Shown: positions 47,897 through 56,875 of the stretch, piece by piece
Layout: every line of letters begins with the position of its first letter
Position numbering within the stretch: the stretch's first letter is position 1
Assembly: GCA_002471825.1 (NCBI GenBank)
Contig: DKQS01000011.1
Span: forward strand, 42,712-106,711
DNA from: Flavobacteriaceae bacterium UBA7302
GTDB taxonomy: Bacteria > Bacteroidota > Bacteroidia > Flavobacteriales > Flavobacteriaceae
Length of the DNA: 64,000 bases
Direction: 5' to 3'
Program-made: the position numbers and the translations under genes
The notes under the pieces: model-generated
Databases searched by the model: none
Told to the model about the DNA's origin: nothing
What the model saw: only the letters and a program-made list of their open reading frames with translations

Positions 47897-49681
47897 ATGA
47901 GTGTAATGATTACCATAGAAAAGGCAATAAAGAAAGGTTTTTTAGAAACATATTCCGTGGAATTACCAACGGTGGAATTCCAAGCAACTCGCAAGGAATT
48001 TGAAGGGGATGTCACTGTTGTTGTTTTCCCAATGCTGCGTTACAAAAAAGGAAATCCGGCTCAGATTGCTGAAGAATTAGGAAATTATGTGGTTCAAGAA
48101 GTTCCAGAGGTTTCGAAATTCAATGTTGTCAAAGGTTTCTTGAATTTGGTCATTACCGACGATTATTATGTGAATTTTTTCAATAGCATTTACAATCAGG
48201 AACAATTCGGTTTTGTAGAGGCCGCGGAAGGAAACGACTCTTTTATGGTGGAATATTCTTCCCCGAACACGAACAAGCCATTGCACCTAGGGCACATACG
48301 AAACAATCTCTTGGGATATTCGGTTTCTGAAATTTTGAAGGCTTCAGGAAAAAAGGTGTATAAAACCCAAATCATTAACGATCGTGGAATCCACATTTGT
48401 AAATCCATGTTGGCTTGGAAGCGTCATGGAAATAACGAAACACCAGTTTCCACAGGGTTGAAAGGCGATAAATTGGTCGGAAATTACTATGTGAAATTTG
48501 ATGCCGAATACAAAAAAGAAATTGCACAACTAATTGCTGAAGGAAAGTCGGAAGACGAAGCCAAAGCGCAAGCTCCCATCCTATTGGAAGCACAAGAAAT
48601 GCTTCGAAAATGGGAAAGCGGAGATGAAGAAACAGTGGCCCTTTGGAAAACCATGAACGGTTGGGTGTATGATGGATTCGACATCACTTATAAAAATCTA
48701 GGTGTTGATTTTGATAAGTTGTACTATGAAAGTGACACTTACCTCTTAGGAAAGAAATTTGTTCAAGACGGATTGGAAAAGGGAGTGTTTTACAGAAAGG
48801 ATGATGGTTCTGTTTGGTGCGATTTGACCGATGAAGGTCTGGATGAAAAAATTGTATTGAGGGCAGATGGTACAGCGGTTTACATGACCCAAGATATCGG
48901 AACTGCCATCGAAAGGGTTACCGATTTTCCAGACATAAGCGGAATGGTCTATACCGTTGGTAATGAGCAAGATTACCACTTTCAAGTACTCTTTTTAATT
49001 CTGAAGAAATTAGGATTTGCATGGGCGAAAAACCTATTTCATTTGAGTTATGGAATGGTTGATTTACCATCGGGAAAAATGAAATCTCGCGAGGGAACCG
49101 TAGTGGATGCTGATGACTTAATGATTGAAATGGCGAACACAGCTCGTTCCATTTCAGAAGAGTTGGGCAAGCTCGACGGATATTCTGAAGACGAGAAGAC
49201 GGCGCTTTATGAAACCATTGGATTGGGTGCCCTGAAATATTTTATTTTAAAAGTAGACCCGAGAAAACGTATTTTATTTGACCCAGAGAATTCCGTTGAC
49301 TTTCAAGGAAATACCGGTCCGTTTATCCAATATACTTACGCCAGAATTCAGTCGATTTTACGAAAGGCGGACTTCAATTATCAGCATAAATTGTCTACCA
49401 ATTCCGTTGAACTACACGAGCGTGAAAAGGAATTGATCAAACAATTGCAATTGTTCCCAGAGACCATTCAACAAGCCGCTTCCAATTACTCACCAGCTGT
49501 CATTGCCAATTACACGTATGACTTGGTAAAAGAATTCAACTCATTCTATCAGAATGTTTCCATTTTAGGAGAGGAAAACGAGGAATTGAAAAAGTTTCGA
49601 GTGCAACTGTCCAACAAAGTGGGAGAAGTAATAAAATCGGCGTTTTCCCTTTTGGGAATCAATGTTCCGGATCGCATGTAA
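47897..49681 (+). CDS. argS: Arginine--tRNA ligase
   Basis: VEYSSPNTNKPLHLGHIRN, MKSREG and GNTGPFIQYTYARIQS motifs. Confidence 0.97.
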   Translation: MSVMITIEKAIKKGFLETYSVELPTVEFQATRKEFEGDVTVVVFPMLRYKKGNPAQIAEELGNYVVQEVPEVSKFNVVKGFLNLVITDDYYVNFFNSIYNQEQFGFVEAAEGNDSFMVEYSSPNTNKPLHLGHIRNNLLGYSVSEILKASGKKVYKTQIINDRGIHICKSMLAWKRHGNNETPVSTGLKGDKLVGNYYVKFDAEYKKEIAQLIAEGKSEDEAKAQAPILLEAQEMLRKWESGDEETVALWKTMNGWVYDGFDITYKNLGVDFDKLYYESDTYLLGKKFVQDGLEKGVFYRKDDGSVWCDLTDEGLDEKIVLRADGTAVYMTQDIGTAIERVTDFPDISGMVYTVGNEQDYHFQVLFLILKKLGFAWAKNLFHLSYGMVDLPSGKMKSREGTVVDADDLMIEMANTARSISEELGKLDGYSEDEKTALYETIGLGALKYFILKVDPRKRILFDPENSVDFQGNTGPFIQYTYARIQSILRKADFNYQHKLSTNSVELHEREKELIKQLQLFPETIQQAASNYSPAVIANYTYDLVKEFNSFYQNVSILGEENEELKKFRVQLSNKVGEVIKSAFSLLGINVPDRM

Positions 49682-49764
49682 AATTTGCTCGATAGTAGCG
49701 AATTTTGATACTTGTTTTTTACATTTGTACTTCAATTTTTTGAAAATACAGAAATCTATATTTT

Positions 49765-51153
49765 ATGAAATACGATATTATTGTTTTAGGTAGTGGACCA
49801 GGCGGTTATGTAACGGCAATTAGAGCCTCACAATTGGGCTTTAAAACTGCTATTATTGAAAAAGAAAGTCTTGGAGGTGTATGTTTGAATTGGGGATGTA
49901 TCCCAACAAAAGCCTTATTAAAATCTGCACAAGTTTTTGAATACCTGAAACACGTAGATGAATATGGATTGAAAGCGGAAGCGGTAGACAAAGATTTCAA
50001 TGCCGTTGTAAAAAGAAGTAGAAATGTTGCAGAAGGAATGAGCAAGGGTGTTCAGTTTTTGATGAAAAAGAATAAAATTGATGTTATCGATGGTTTCGGA
50101 AAGCTGAAAACAGGTAAAAAAGTTGATGTAACTGCCGCTGATGGAAAGGTTACTGAATACAGTGCCGATCACATCATCATTGCTACTGGAGCAAGATCGC
50201 GCGAATTACCAAGCCTTCCTCAAGACGGTAAGAAAGTAATTGGTTATCGTAAAGCCATGACATTGGAATCCCAGCCTGAAAGCATGATTGTAGTGGGTTC
50301 TGGAGCCATTGGAGTTGAATTTGCCTACTTCTACAATTCTATGGGAACCGATGTAACCATCGTAGAGTACATGCCAAACATTGTTCCTGTAGAGGATAAA
50401 GATATCTCGAAGCAAATGGAACGTTCTTTCAAGAAATCAGGCATCAAAGTGATGACCAATTCATCCGTTGAATCGGTAGATACCAGTGGCGATAAAATCA
50501 AAGCAACGGTAAAAACCAGCAAAGGTGAAAAAGTATTGGAAGCGGACATCGTTTTATCGGCAGTCGGAATCAAAACCAACATTGAAAACATTGGTTTAGA
50601 GGATGTTGGTATCATTACAGATCGTGATAAAATTTTGGTGAACGACTGGTACCAAACCAATATTCCAGGATATTATGCCATTGGAGACGTAACTCCAGGA
50701 CCTGCTTTAGCGCACGTTGCTTCTGCTGAAGGTATCACTTGCGTTGAGAGAATTGCGGGCTTGCATACAGAGCCTATTGACTACGGAAACATCCCTGGAT
50801 GTACTTACGCAACTCCAGAAATTGCTTCGGTTGGATTGACAGAAGACAAGGCCAAGGAACAAGGTTACAAAATCAAAGTTGGGAAGTTTCCTTTCTCGGC
50901 TTCTGGAAAAGCAAAAGCGGCTGGAACGCCAGATGGTTTTGTAAAAGTAATCTTTGACGAAAAGTACGGAGAATGGTTAGGTTGCCACATGATTGGCGCA
51001 GGTGTAACAGACATGATTGCCGAGGCAGTTGTTGCTAGAAAATTAGAAACAACCGGTCACGAAATTCTAAAAGCAGTACACCCACACCCAACCATGAGTG
51101 AGGCAGTGATGGAAGCTGTTGCAGATGCTTATGATGAGGTAATTCATTTGTAG
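49765..51153 (+). CDS. lpdA: Dihydrolipoamide dehydrogenase
   Basis: GSGPGGY, GGVCLNWGCIPTK, YAIGD and HPHPTMSE motifs. Confidence 0.97.
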   Translation: MKYDIIVLGSGPGGYVTAIRASQLGFKTAIIEKESLGGVCLNWGCIPTKALLKSAQVFEYLKHVDEYGLKAEAVDKDFNAVVKRSRNVAEGMSKGVQFLMKKNKIDVIDGFGKLKTGKKVDVTAADGKVTEYSADHIIIATGARSRELPSLPQDGKKVIGYRKAMTLESQPESMIVVGSGAIGVEFAYFYNSMGTDVTIVEYMPNIVPVEDKDISKQMERSFKKSGIKVMTNSSVESVDTSGDKIKATVKTSKGEKVLEADIVLSAVGIKTNIENIGLEDVGIITDRDKILVNDWYQTNIPGYYAIGDVTPGPALAHVASAEGITCVERIAGLHTEPIDYGNIPGCTYATPEIASVGLTEDKAKEQGYKIKVGKFPFSASGKAKAAGTPDGFVKVIFDEKYGEWLGCHMIGAGVTDMIAEAVVARKLETTGHEILKAVHPHPTMSEAVMEAVADAYDEVIHL

Positions 51154-51208
51154 TTATTAACAAGTTATCACAATTTCTTTAACAATAGGCCCTCAACCTG
51201 TTGATAAC

Positions 51209-51239
51209 CTTGCATATTTCACAAATTTCAATATATTTG
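51209..51239 (+). promoter_or_regulatory. Housekeeping-sigma promoter (CTTG-N19-TATATTTG) of the putative EPS operon
   Basis: Matches the Bacteroidota -33/-7 consensus and spacing. Confidence 0.6.
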
Positions 51240-51301
51240 TTATAATTGTAAAAAGAGATACTTATCCCCCACAATAAGGACATAGTAAAAAAGCAGACTG
51301 A

Positions 51302-52432
51302 ATGAGCTTTGTGGAGTGGTTTTTGACGTTCGTTTATAAGATAAAAACGTTCCCCCTAATTATACAAATAACCATTGTATTGACCCTCTTGTTTCTTATT
51401 GTAACCATCTGTACTTTAATCACCATTTACATCATCCGAAGAAAATACAATCGAGAGCAGCGCAAATTGCAAGAAAATGCTCCGAAAATTAGGGAGCTTT
51501 TTGAGGATGTTTTATTTACAGACAAAAATTACTCAGCTGAGGAAATTTTTAATAGATTTGAGGAAATAGTAGGCGAAGTTAACGAGGAAACGCTGGATTT
51601 CGGACTCGACGTTTTGGTAGAAATCAAAAACGATGGCGAGGAAGAATCCGATAAGTATGATCAAATCATCGATGCACTTGGATTGATTGAACACTTGGAA
51701 GAAAAATTCGGTTCGAGATCCAATAGCAAAATTATTGATGCGTTCCAGCAAGCATTCGTATTGGAGTTAAGCAAGTTTGATGCACAGATTCTCCAATATG
51801 CCTACAGCAGAAATAAAAAACTAAGAAACGAAGCGCGGAACTCTTATCTTGCTCTGAGTGCCAATGACCCCTATCGATTTTTTAACGAAATTGAAGGGAC
51901 CTTGACAAAGTGGGATGAAATAGAGCTCATGCAATATTTAGAGCTTCAGAATGAAAGAGGAAATTTAGAAGGACTAGGTAAATGGATTAATTATTCGAAG
52001 AATAACTCTTTGGTAATTTTTCTGGTAAAAATGGTTGGTCACTTCAAACAACGAGGTATTGATGATATTTTGATTGAAAAATTAGAAGATGAAGATGCGC
52101 AGGTCAGAGCGGTATCCATTGATACTATTGGCCAGCTAAATTTAAATCAGGTAGAACAGACTTTGATAGAACGATACTATACAGAACCAGAAATTTGCCA
52201 GGTTGCCATTATTAGAACCATTGAAAAGTTTAATACTGGTAAGGCACTTGATTTCTTGAAGCAAGCTTTTGAAGAGTCTAACAATACGGATACCAAGAAA
52301 ATTATTGCAGAGGCAATTTTGAACTATAGTTATGAGGGCCGAATGGCATTTCAAAATCTAAAAAACACCCTAAACGGATTTGATTTAACCATTCTCCAAC
52401 ATGTTGAAACACCCCTAATTAAATACAAATAG
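51302..52432 (+). CDS. Membrane-anchored HEAT-repeat protein
   Basis: One N-terminal TM helix; HEAT-like repeats such as LEDEDAQVRAVSIDTIGQL. Confidence 0.8.
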   Translation: MSFVEWFLTFVYKIKTFPLIIQITIVLTLLFLIVTICTLITIYIIRRKYNREQRKLQENAPKIRELFEDVLFTDKNYSAEEIFNRFEEIVGEVNEETLDFGLDVLVEIKNDGEEESDKYDQIIDALGLIEHLEEKFGSRSNSKIIDAFQQAFVLELSKFDAQILQYAYSRNKKLRNEARNSYLALSANDPYRFFNEIEGTLTKWDEIELMQYLELQNERGNLEGLGKWINYSKNNSLVIFLVKMVGHFKQRGIDDILIEKLEDEDAQVRAVSIDTIGQLNLNQVEQTLIERYYTEPEICQVAIIRTIEKFNTGKALDFLKQAFEESNNTDTKKIIAEAILNYSYEGRMAFQNLKNTLNGFDLTILQHVETPLIKYK

Positions 52433-53971
52433 ATGTTAGAAATATTTACGGTAATTTATGAGTATTTCATATTCTTCTATGCAACTTCGTTGATTATAAG
52501 TTATATAGTTCTAGCCATCTTTTCCTTTCTTGCAATCAACCGATATAAAAATTACAACACTGATATTGATGACGAAGAATTACTGAAATCCGACCTTGCT
52601 CCAGGTATTTCGGTAATCGCTCCTGCCTATAACGAAGAAAAAACCATCATTGTAAATGTAAAATCTCTTTTAACACTCGAATACCCAATTTTTGAGGTAA
52701 TCATTGTAAACGATGGTAGTAAAGACAAAACTTTAGATCTATTGATCGAAGAATTTGAGTTGGTAGAGGTACCCTTCGCTTATGTGGAAAAGGTAAAAAC
52801 CAAACCTTACAAACGAACATTCAAATCTACCAATCCGAAGTACGACATCCTTACGGTTGTGGATAAAGAAAATGGTGGAACCAAGGCCGATGCCTTCAAC
52901 GCTGGTTTGAATGCATCCGTTTTCCCGTACTACCTAAACACAGATGTAGACTGTATTCTGGCTCGTAACACTTTGACCAAAATGATCAAGCCAATTTTGA
53001 GTTCGAAAGAAAGGGTGATTGCGGTTGGTGCTACCTTACGTATGTCGAACAACTGTGATATTGAGGAAGGACTGATTAAACGAGTTCGTCCACCAAAGGC
53101 ATTGATTCCGAGATTCCAAGAATTGGAATACATTCGATCGTACCTACTTGGTAAAATGGGTTGGGAATTGATCAATTCGGTTCCCAATGTATCGGGAGGC
53201 CTCGGAATGTTTGATAAGGAAATTGCGATTAAGGCCGGTGGATACGGTGCGGATTCTCACGCAGAAGACATGGATATGATGACGCGAATGTGTGTACACA
53301 TGATGAACAACCGTCTGAAATATCGGGTGGGTTACATACCACTTTCCTGTTGTTGGACCGAAGGACCGCCGAACTTACAGATATTAAACCGACAAAGAAC
53401 CCGATGGGCCAGTGGACTTTTCCAGATGTTCTATGACCATAGGGCGGTGTTGTTTAATCCGAAATACAAAAACTTGGGAATGGTAACATTCCCTTACGTG
53501 TTTATATATGAATTCCTTGCGCCGATCATTGAAGCATTCGGAATTTTGTTTACTATTTTCCTCTTTTTATTCGGATTGATCAACTGGACCTTTGCACCAT
53601 TGATCCTATTTTATTCTTACGCTTTCGCGGTAATGGTATCGTCTATCGTAATAATTTGGGATCAAATGACGTTTAAATATTACAAAACAACACAAGAAGT
53701 ATTAACACTTTTTGTCACAGCCTTGTTGGAGCCATTCATGTACCACCCCCTGATCATGTTCTTCTCGCTGAAAGGGTATTATTCCTACATTACTTCTCGA
53801 GAATTGGCATGGGGTACAATGACACGTCAAGGATTCGATAAGAAAGAAGGTGACAAGAAGAACGATAACAACAAACCAAACGATTCAGGTAAAAAAGAAA
53901 ATAGACCAAACATCTTTCAAAAAAACAAGAAAGATGAAAGTGGTGGGAAGTTTGAACCTATAAAAACCTAA
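52433..53971 (+). CDS. Processive GT2 polysaccharide synthase (PgaC/IcaA/YaiP-like)
   Basis: APAYNE, KADAFNAG, DVD (DxD), AEDMD and QRTRW motifs; flanking TM helices. Confidence 0.88.
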   Translation: MLEIFTVIYEYFIFFYATSLIISYIVLAIFSFLAINRYKNYNTDIDDEELLKSDLAPGISVIAPAYNEEKTIIVNVKSLLTLEYPIFEVIIVNDGSKDKTLDLLIEEFELVEVPFAYVEKVKTKPYKRTFKSTNPKYDILTVVDKENGGTKADAFNAGLNASVFPYYLNTDVDCILARNTLTKMIKPILSSKERVIAVGATLRMSNNCDIEEGLIKRVRPPKALIPRFQELEYIRSYLLGKMGWELINSVPNVSGGLGMFDKEIAIKAGGYGADSHAEDMDMMTRMCVHMMNNRLKYRVGYIPLSCCWTEGPPNLQILNRQRTRWASGLFQMFYDHRAVLFNPKYKNLGMVTFPYVFIYEFLAPIIEAFGILFTIFLFLFGLINWTFAPLILFYSYAFAVMVSSIVIIWDQMTFKYYKTTQEVLTLFVTALLEPFMYHPLIMFFSLKGYYSYITSRELAWGTMTRQGFDKKEGDKKNDNNKPNDSGKKENRPNIFQKNKKDESGGKFEPIKT

Positions 53972-53981
53972 ACTCCTAAAG

Positions 53982-56858
53982 ATGAAATTAAGTAACTACA
54001 TCCCAATTGTAATTGCAACAGTTTTCTTCGCCATAAACACCTATGGTCAGGAATACGAGTCTTCCGATGAATATTTTGATGACGCAAAGAGAAATGTTGA
54101 GCAACAAAATTTTTCCAATGCTGCCCGTTTGAGTTTAAAGGGTTTAAAACTTGCACCGAACGATTTGGATTTAAAAATTCTTTTAGGAAAATCATATTTG
54201 GAATTGGGCCGATATGATTCTAGTAGGTTTGTATTAAAACAAGTATATGAAAAGCGTAGAAAGGATATTACCGTACTCCGTTATCTCGTAAACGTGGAAC
54301 AAACCACCAAAAGGTATTCGGATGCCATTTGTTATGTAAACGAACTTCTAGAGATTACTCCTTATAGTCGTGGATGGTGGAGACGTAAAATCGCCATTTA
54401 CAAAGAAATGGGGAATTACGAAGAAGCCGAAAGAGCCCTAAAAAGAATTCAGCAGATCTATCCAGACGATAAAGAATTACAAGAGGAATACAATTACATC
54501 ATGATTGGTGATGGTACTGATGCCACCAAAAACAAAAAATACGACGAAGCCAATCAGATTTACAAAACAGTTATTGATTACAATCCCTCTAATAAGGAAG
54601 CCTACATGGGTATCATTAAAAATGAGATGCTCAAAGGGAATAAAGAGGAAGCCTTAATATTCACAAATAGGGCCTTACTCGAACTGCCTGAAGACAGAGG
54701 ATTGGTTGAAAAGAAGATCGGTTTGTTGGAAGACATGGGAAGGTACGACGAGGCCATCAATTATATTCAGACACTTCCTGCTGTTTTCGACGACATCAAG
54801 AAAAACACCATGCCGTATTTGATGCAGGAATCGGCTCGATACAATGAATACAACGACCCATATACGCTGAATAAGAAGTTGTATGACATGAACGGGAATT
54901 CGAACTCCTTGAATTATGTCATCAACAATGCGTTGGGAAAAGGTTATTACATTGATGCCGAGTTCCATATCAAGAAAGCTTTGAAAAGGAATCCGAATTC
55001 TAAGACCTTATTGGTTAAGGAAATGGAGTTGTATCGAGCAACCAAGGATACCGACAAGTTTGAGAAATCGGTTTTGAATCTTCATGAAAAATTCCCGAAT
55101 GATACCGATATCAAATATGCTTATGACGAATTGATGTACAACCGTGGGAAACGATACATCCAAGAAAAAAGATATTCAGAGGCCTTGACCATCTTCCAAG
55201 ATTTGACTTCTTCTCCTGATTTTACCAAAGGATCTGAACAACAAATCTTCAGTATTTTTCTTTTACAAAATCGCTTTGACGAAGCAACAGAACAAATTGA
55301 CAAGTTGATTCAATTAGATCCAAACAATGCGGATTACCTATTGAAAAAGTCAACGTTGTATCAAAAAATGGAGTTGTATGACGACGCCCTGGAAATTACA
55401 AGAAATCTAGAAACACAATATCCCTTAAACAGAAGATATCCAGTCATTTACGTTTCTCAAACTGAAGAATACGCGACCTACTTAATGCGCGAAGGTCTCT
55501 ATAGTAGGGTCTTACCGGTTGTAGAAGACGGACTTACCCGTGATGAAGACAACAAGTTATTGCTCAATCTTGCCATTAACGCTTCTTCTGCTATCCCGAA
55601 CTATCCAAAAGGAATCCAGTATGGACAGCAAGCCTTGCAATACTATCCGAACAATAAGAATTTCAAATTGAAATTATCAAACATGTATTCTTTGAACAAA
55701 GAATTTGATAATTCAGTTGCCATTTTAGATTCCCTAAAGCTGATTTATAAATACGATCGAAAGATCAAAAATGCATTGGGTGAAGTACTTTTCTACAAAG
55801 CAAAAGATCAAGAAGAACAAGGATTGATTGATGAAGCTTTGATCAACTATGATTCGGCCTATGCACTAAATGTAGAGGATAAAGGTGCCATGATGCGATT
55901 GATCAACCTTCACATCACCGAAAGACCTTATGAGGAATCATTAGATTTCATTAACGAGAAATTGAAAAGGACACCAAATGATAACTTCCTTCGTTATAAG
56001 AAAGGTGTTGTCTTTGAATTGTTGAAGCAATACGATTCGGCTTACTACTATCAAAAGTACCGGGAATTGGACAATCCGTATGAACAGCAACAATGGAATG
56101 TGTACCTAGAATCACTCGGTGCTACCCAATTAAAGAATGAACTTGCAGCCACCTACTTACGTGCTTCTTCAGATTCTGTGGCCTTTAGTACAGCCTTGGC
56201 GAGTATCAACTACCGACATTTTTATGACAAGGTAAATACTTTCGGACTAGACTTGAATTATGCGGCTCGTCGTAGTGGTGTTGCTTTTCAAATTGGACCT
56301 TATTATTCGCGCGTCTTCTCCCCTACGCTCTATGCCGATGTAGGTCTCTTATTCGGTGGACAATTCTTCCCATCTATTAAATTGTATGGAAATGCCTATA
56401 AGGCTTTCAAAAACGATTATGTGGGTAGCTTAGGAGTGAGTTGGGCCCGTGTGAATAACAATGCAAACAGTACCAATGAAATAAATTATTTTACCATTAC
56501 CGGTGGCGTCACGAAAACTTGGGATGATGTCTCAGCCAATGTGAAACTATCCATTATGCGGGATGATTTGTTCTTCTATAGCAACCTGATGGCCTCTGGA
56601 CGATTTACCCTGAACCCTCGGGGAGATTACCTCTCGCTGATATTATCGGGAGGATCGGCACCATTTGATCAACAGGTCCAATTCCAGCAAAATACCTTCT
56701 CCGAATTTATCAATACCATGATTGGAGCGGGATACAAGCATTTTATTTCACCGAAAACAGCAATTCTAATTGATGGTACCTGGTATAACTTTGCTACGAG
56801 ACAAAATATTTACACCAATCAGTACAACTTAGGACTAACCATTATAACTAAGTTTTAA
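53982..56858 (+). CDS. Multi-TPR protein with C-terminal outer-membrane beta-barrel (PgaA/YaiO-like export porin)
   Basis: Signal peptide, about 700 aa of TPRs, amphipathic beta-strands and a terminal Phe. Confidence 0.8.
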   Translation: MKLSNYIPIVIATVFFAINTYGQEYESSDEYFDDAKRNVEQQNFSNAARLSLKGLKLAPNDLDLKILLGKSYLELGRYDSSRFVLKQVYEKRRKDITVLRYLVNVEQTTKRYSDAICYVNELLEITPYSRGWWRRKIAIYKEMGNYEEAERALKRIQQIYPDDKELQEEYNYIMIGDGTDATKNKKYDEANQIYKTVIDYNPSNKEAYMGIIKNEMLKGNKEEALIFTNRALLELPEDRGLVEKKIGLLEDMGRYDEAINYIQTLPAVFDDIKKNTMPYLMQESARYNEYNDPYTLNKKLYDMNGNSNSLNYVINNALGKGYYIDAEFHIKKALKRNPNSKTLLVKEMELYRATKDTDKFEKSVLNLHEKFPNDTDIKYAYDELMYNRGKRYIQEKRYSEALTIFQDLTSSPDFTKGSEQQIFSIFLLQNRFDEATEQIDKLIQLDPNNADYLLKKSTLYQKMELYDDALEITRNLETQYPLNRRYPVIYVSQTEEYATYLMREGLYSRVLPVVEDGLTRDEDNKLLLNLAINASSAIPNYPKGIQYGQQALQYYPNNKNFKLKLSNMYSLNKEFDNSVAILDSLKLIYKYDRKIKNALGEVLFYKAKDQEEQGLIDEALINYDSAYALNVEDKGAMMRLINLHITERPYEESLDFINEKLKRTPNDNFLRYKKGVVFELLKQYDSAYYYQKYRELDNPYEQQQWNVYLESLGATQLKNELAATYLRASSDSVAFSTALASINYRHFYDKVNTFGLDLNYAARRSGVAFQIGPYYSRVFSPTLYADVGLLFGGQFFPSIKLYGNAYKAFKNDYVGSLGVSWARVNNNANSTNEINYFTITGGVTKTWDDVSANVKLSIMRDDLFFYSNLMASGRFTLNPRGDYLSLILSGGSAPFDQQVQFQQNTFSEFINTMIGAGYKHFISPKTAILIDGTWYNFATRQNIYTNQYNLGLTIITKF

Positions 56859-56875
56859 AGTAAGTTAATTCCGAT

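Noticed and set aside
51191-51197. CCTCAAC match to the 3' stem of the structured elements
   Set aside because: A 7-mer match alone is expected by chance in 64 kb, and the rest of the element is absent.
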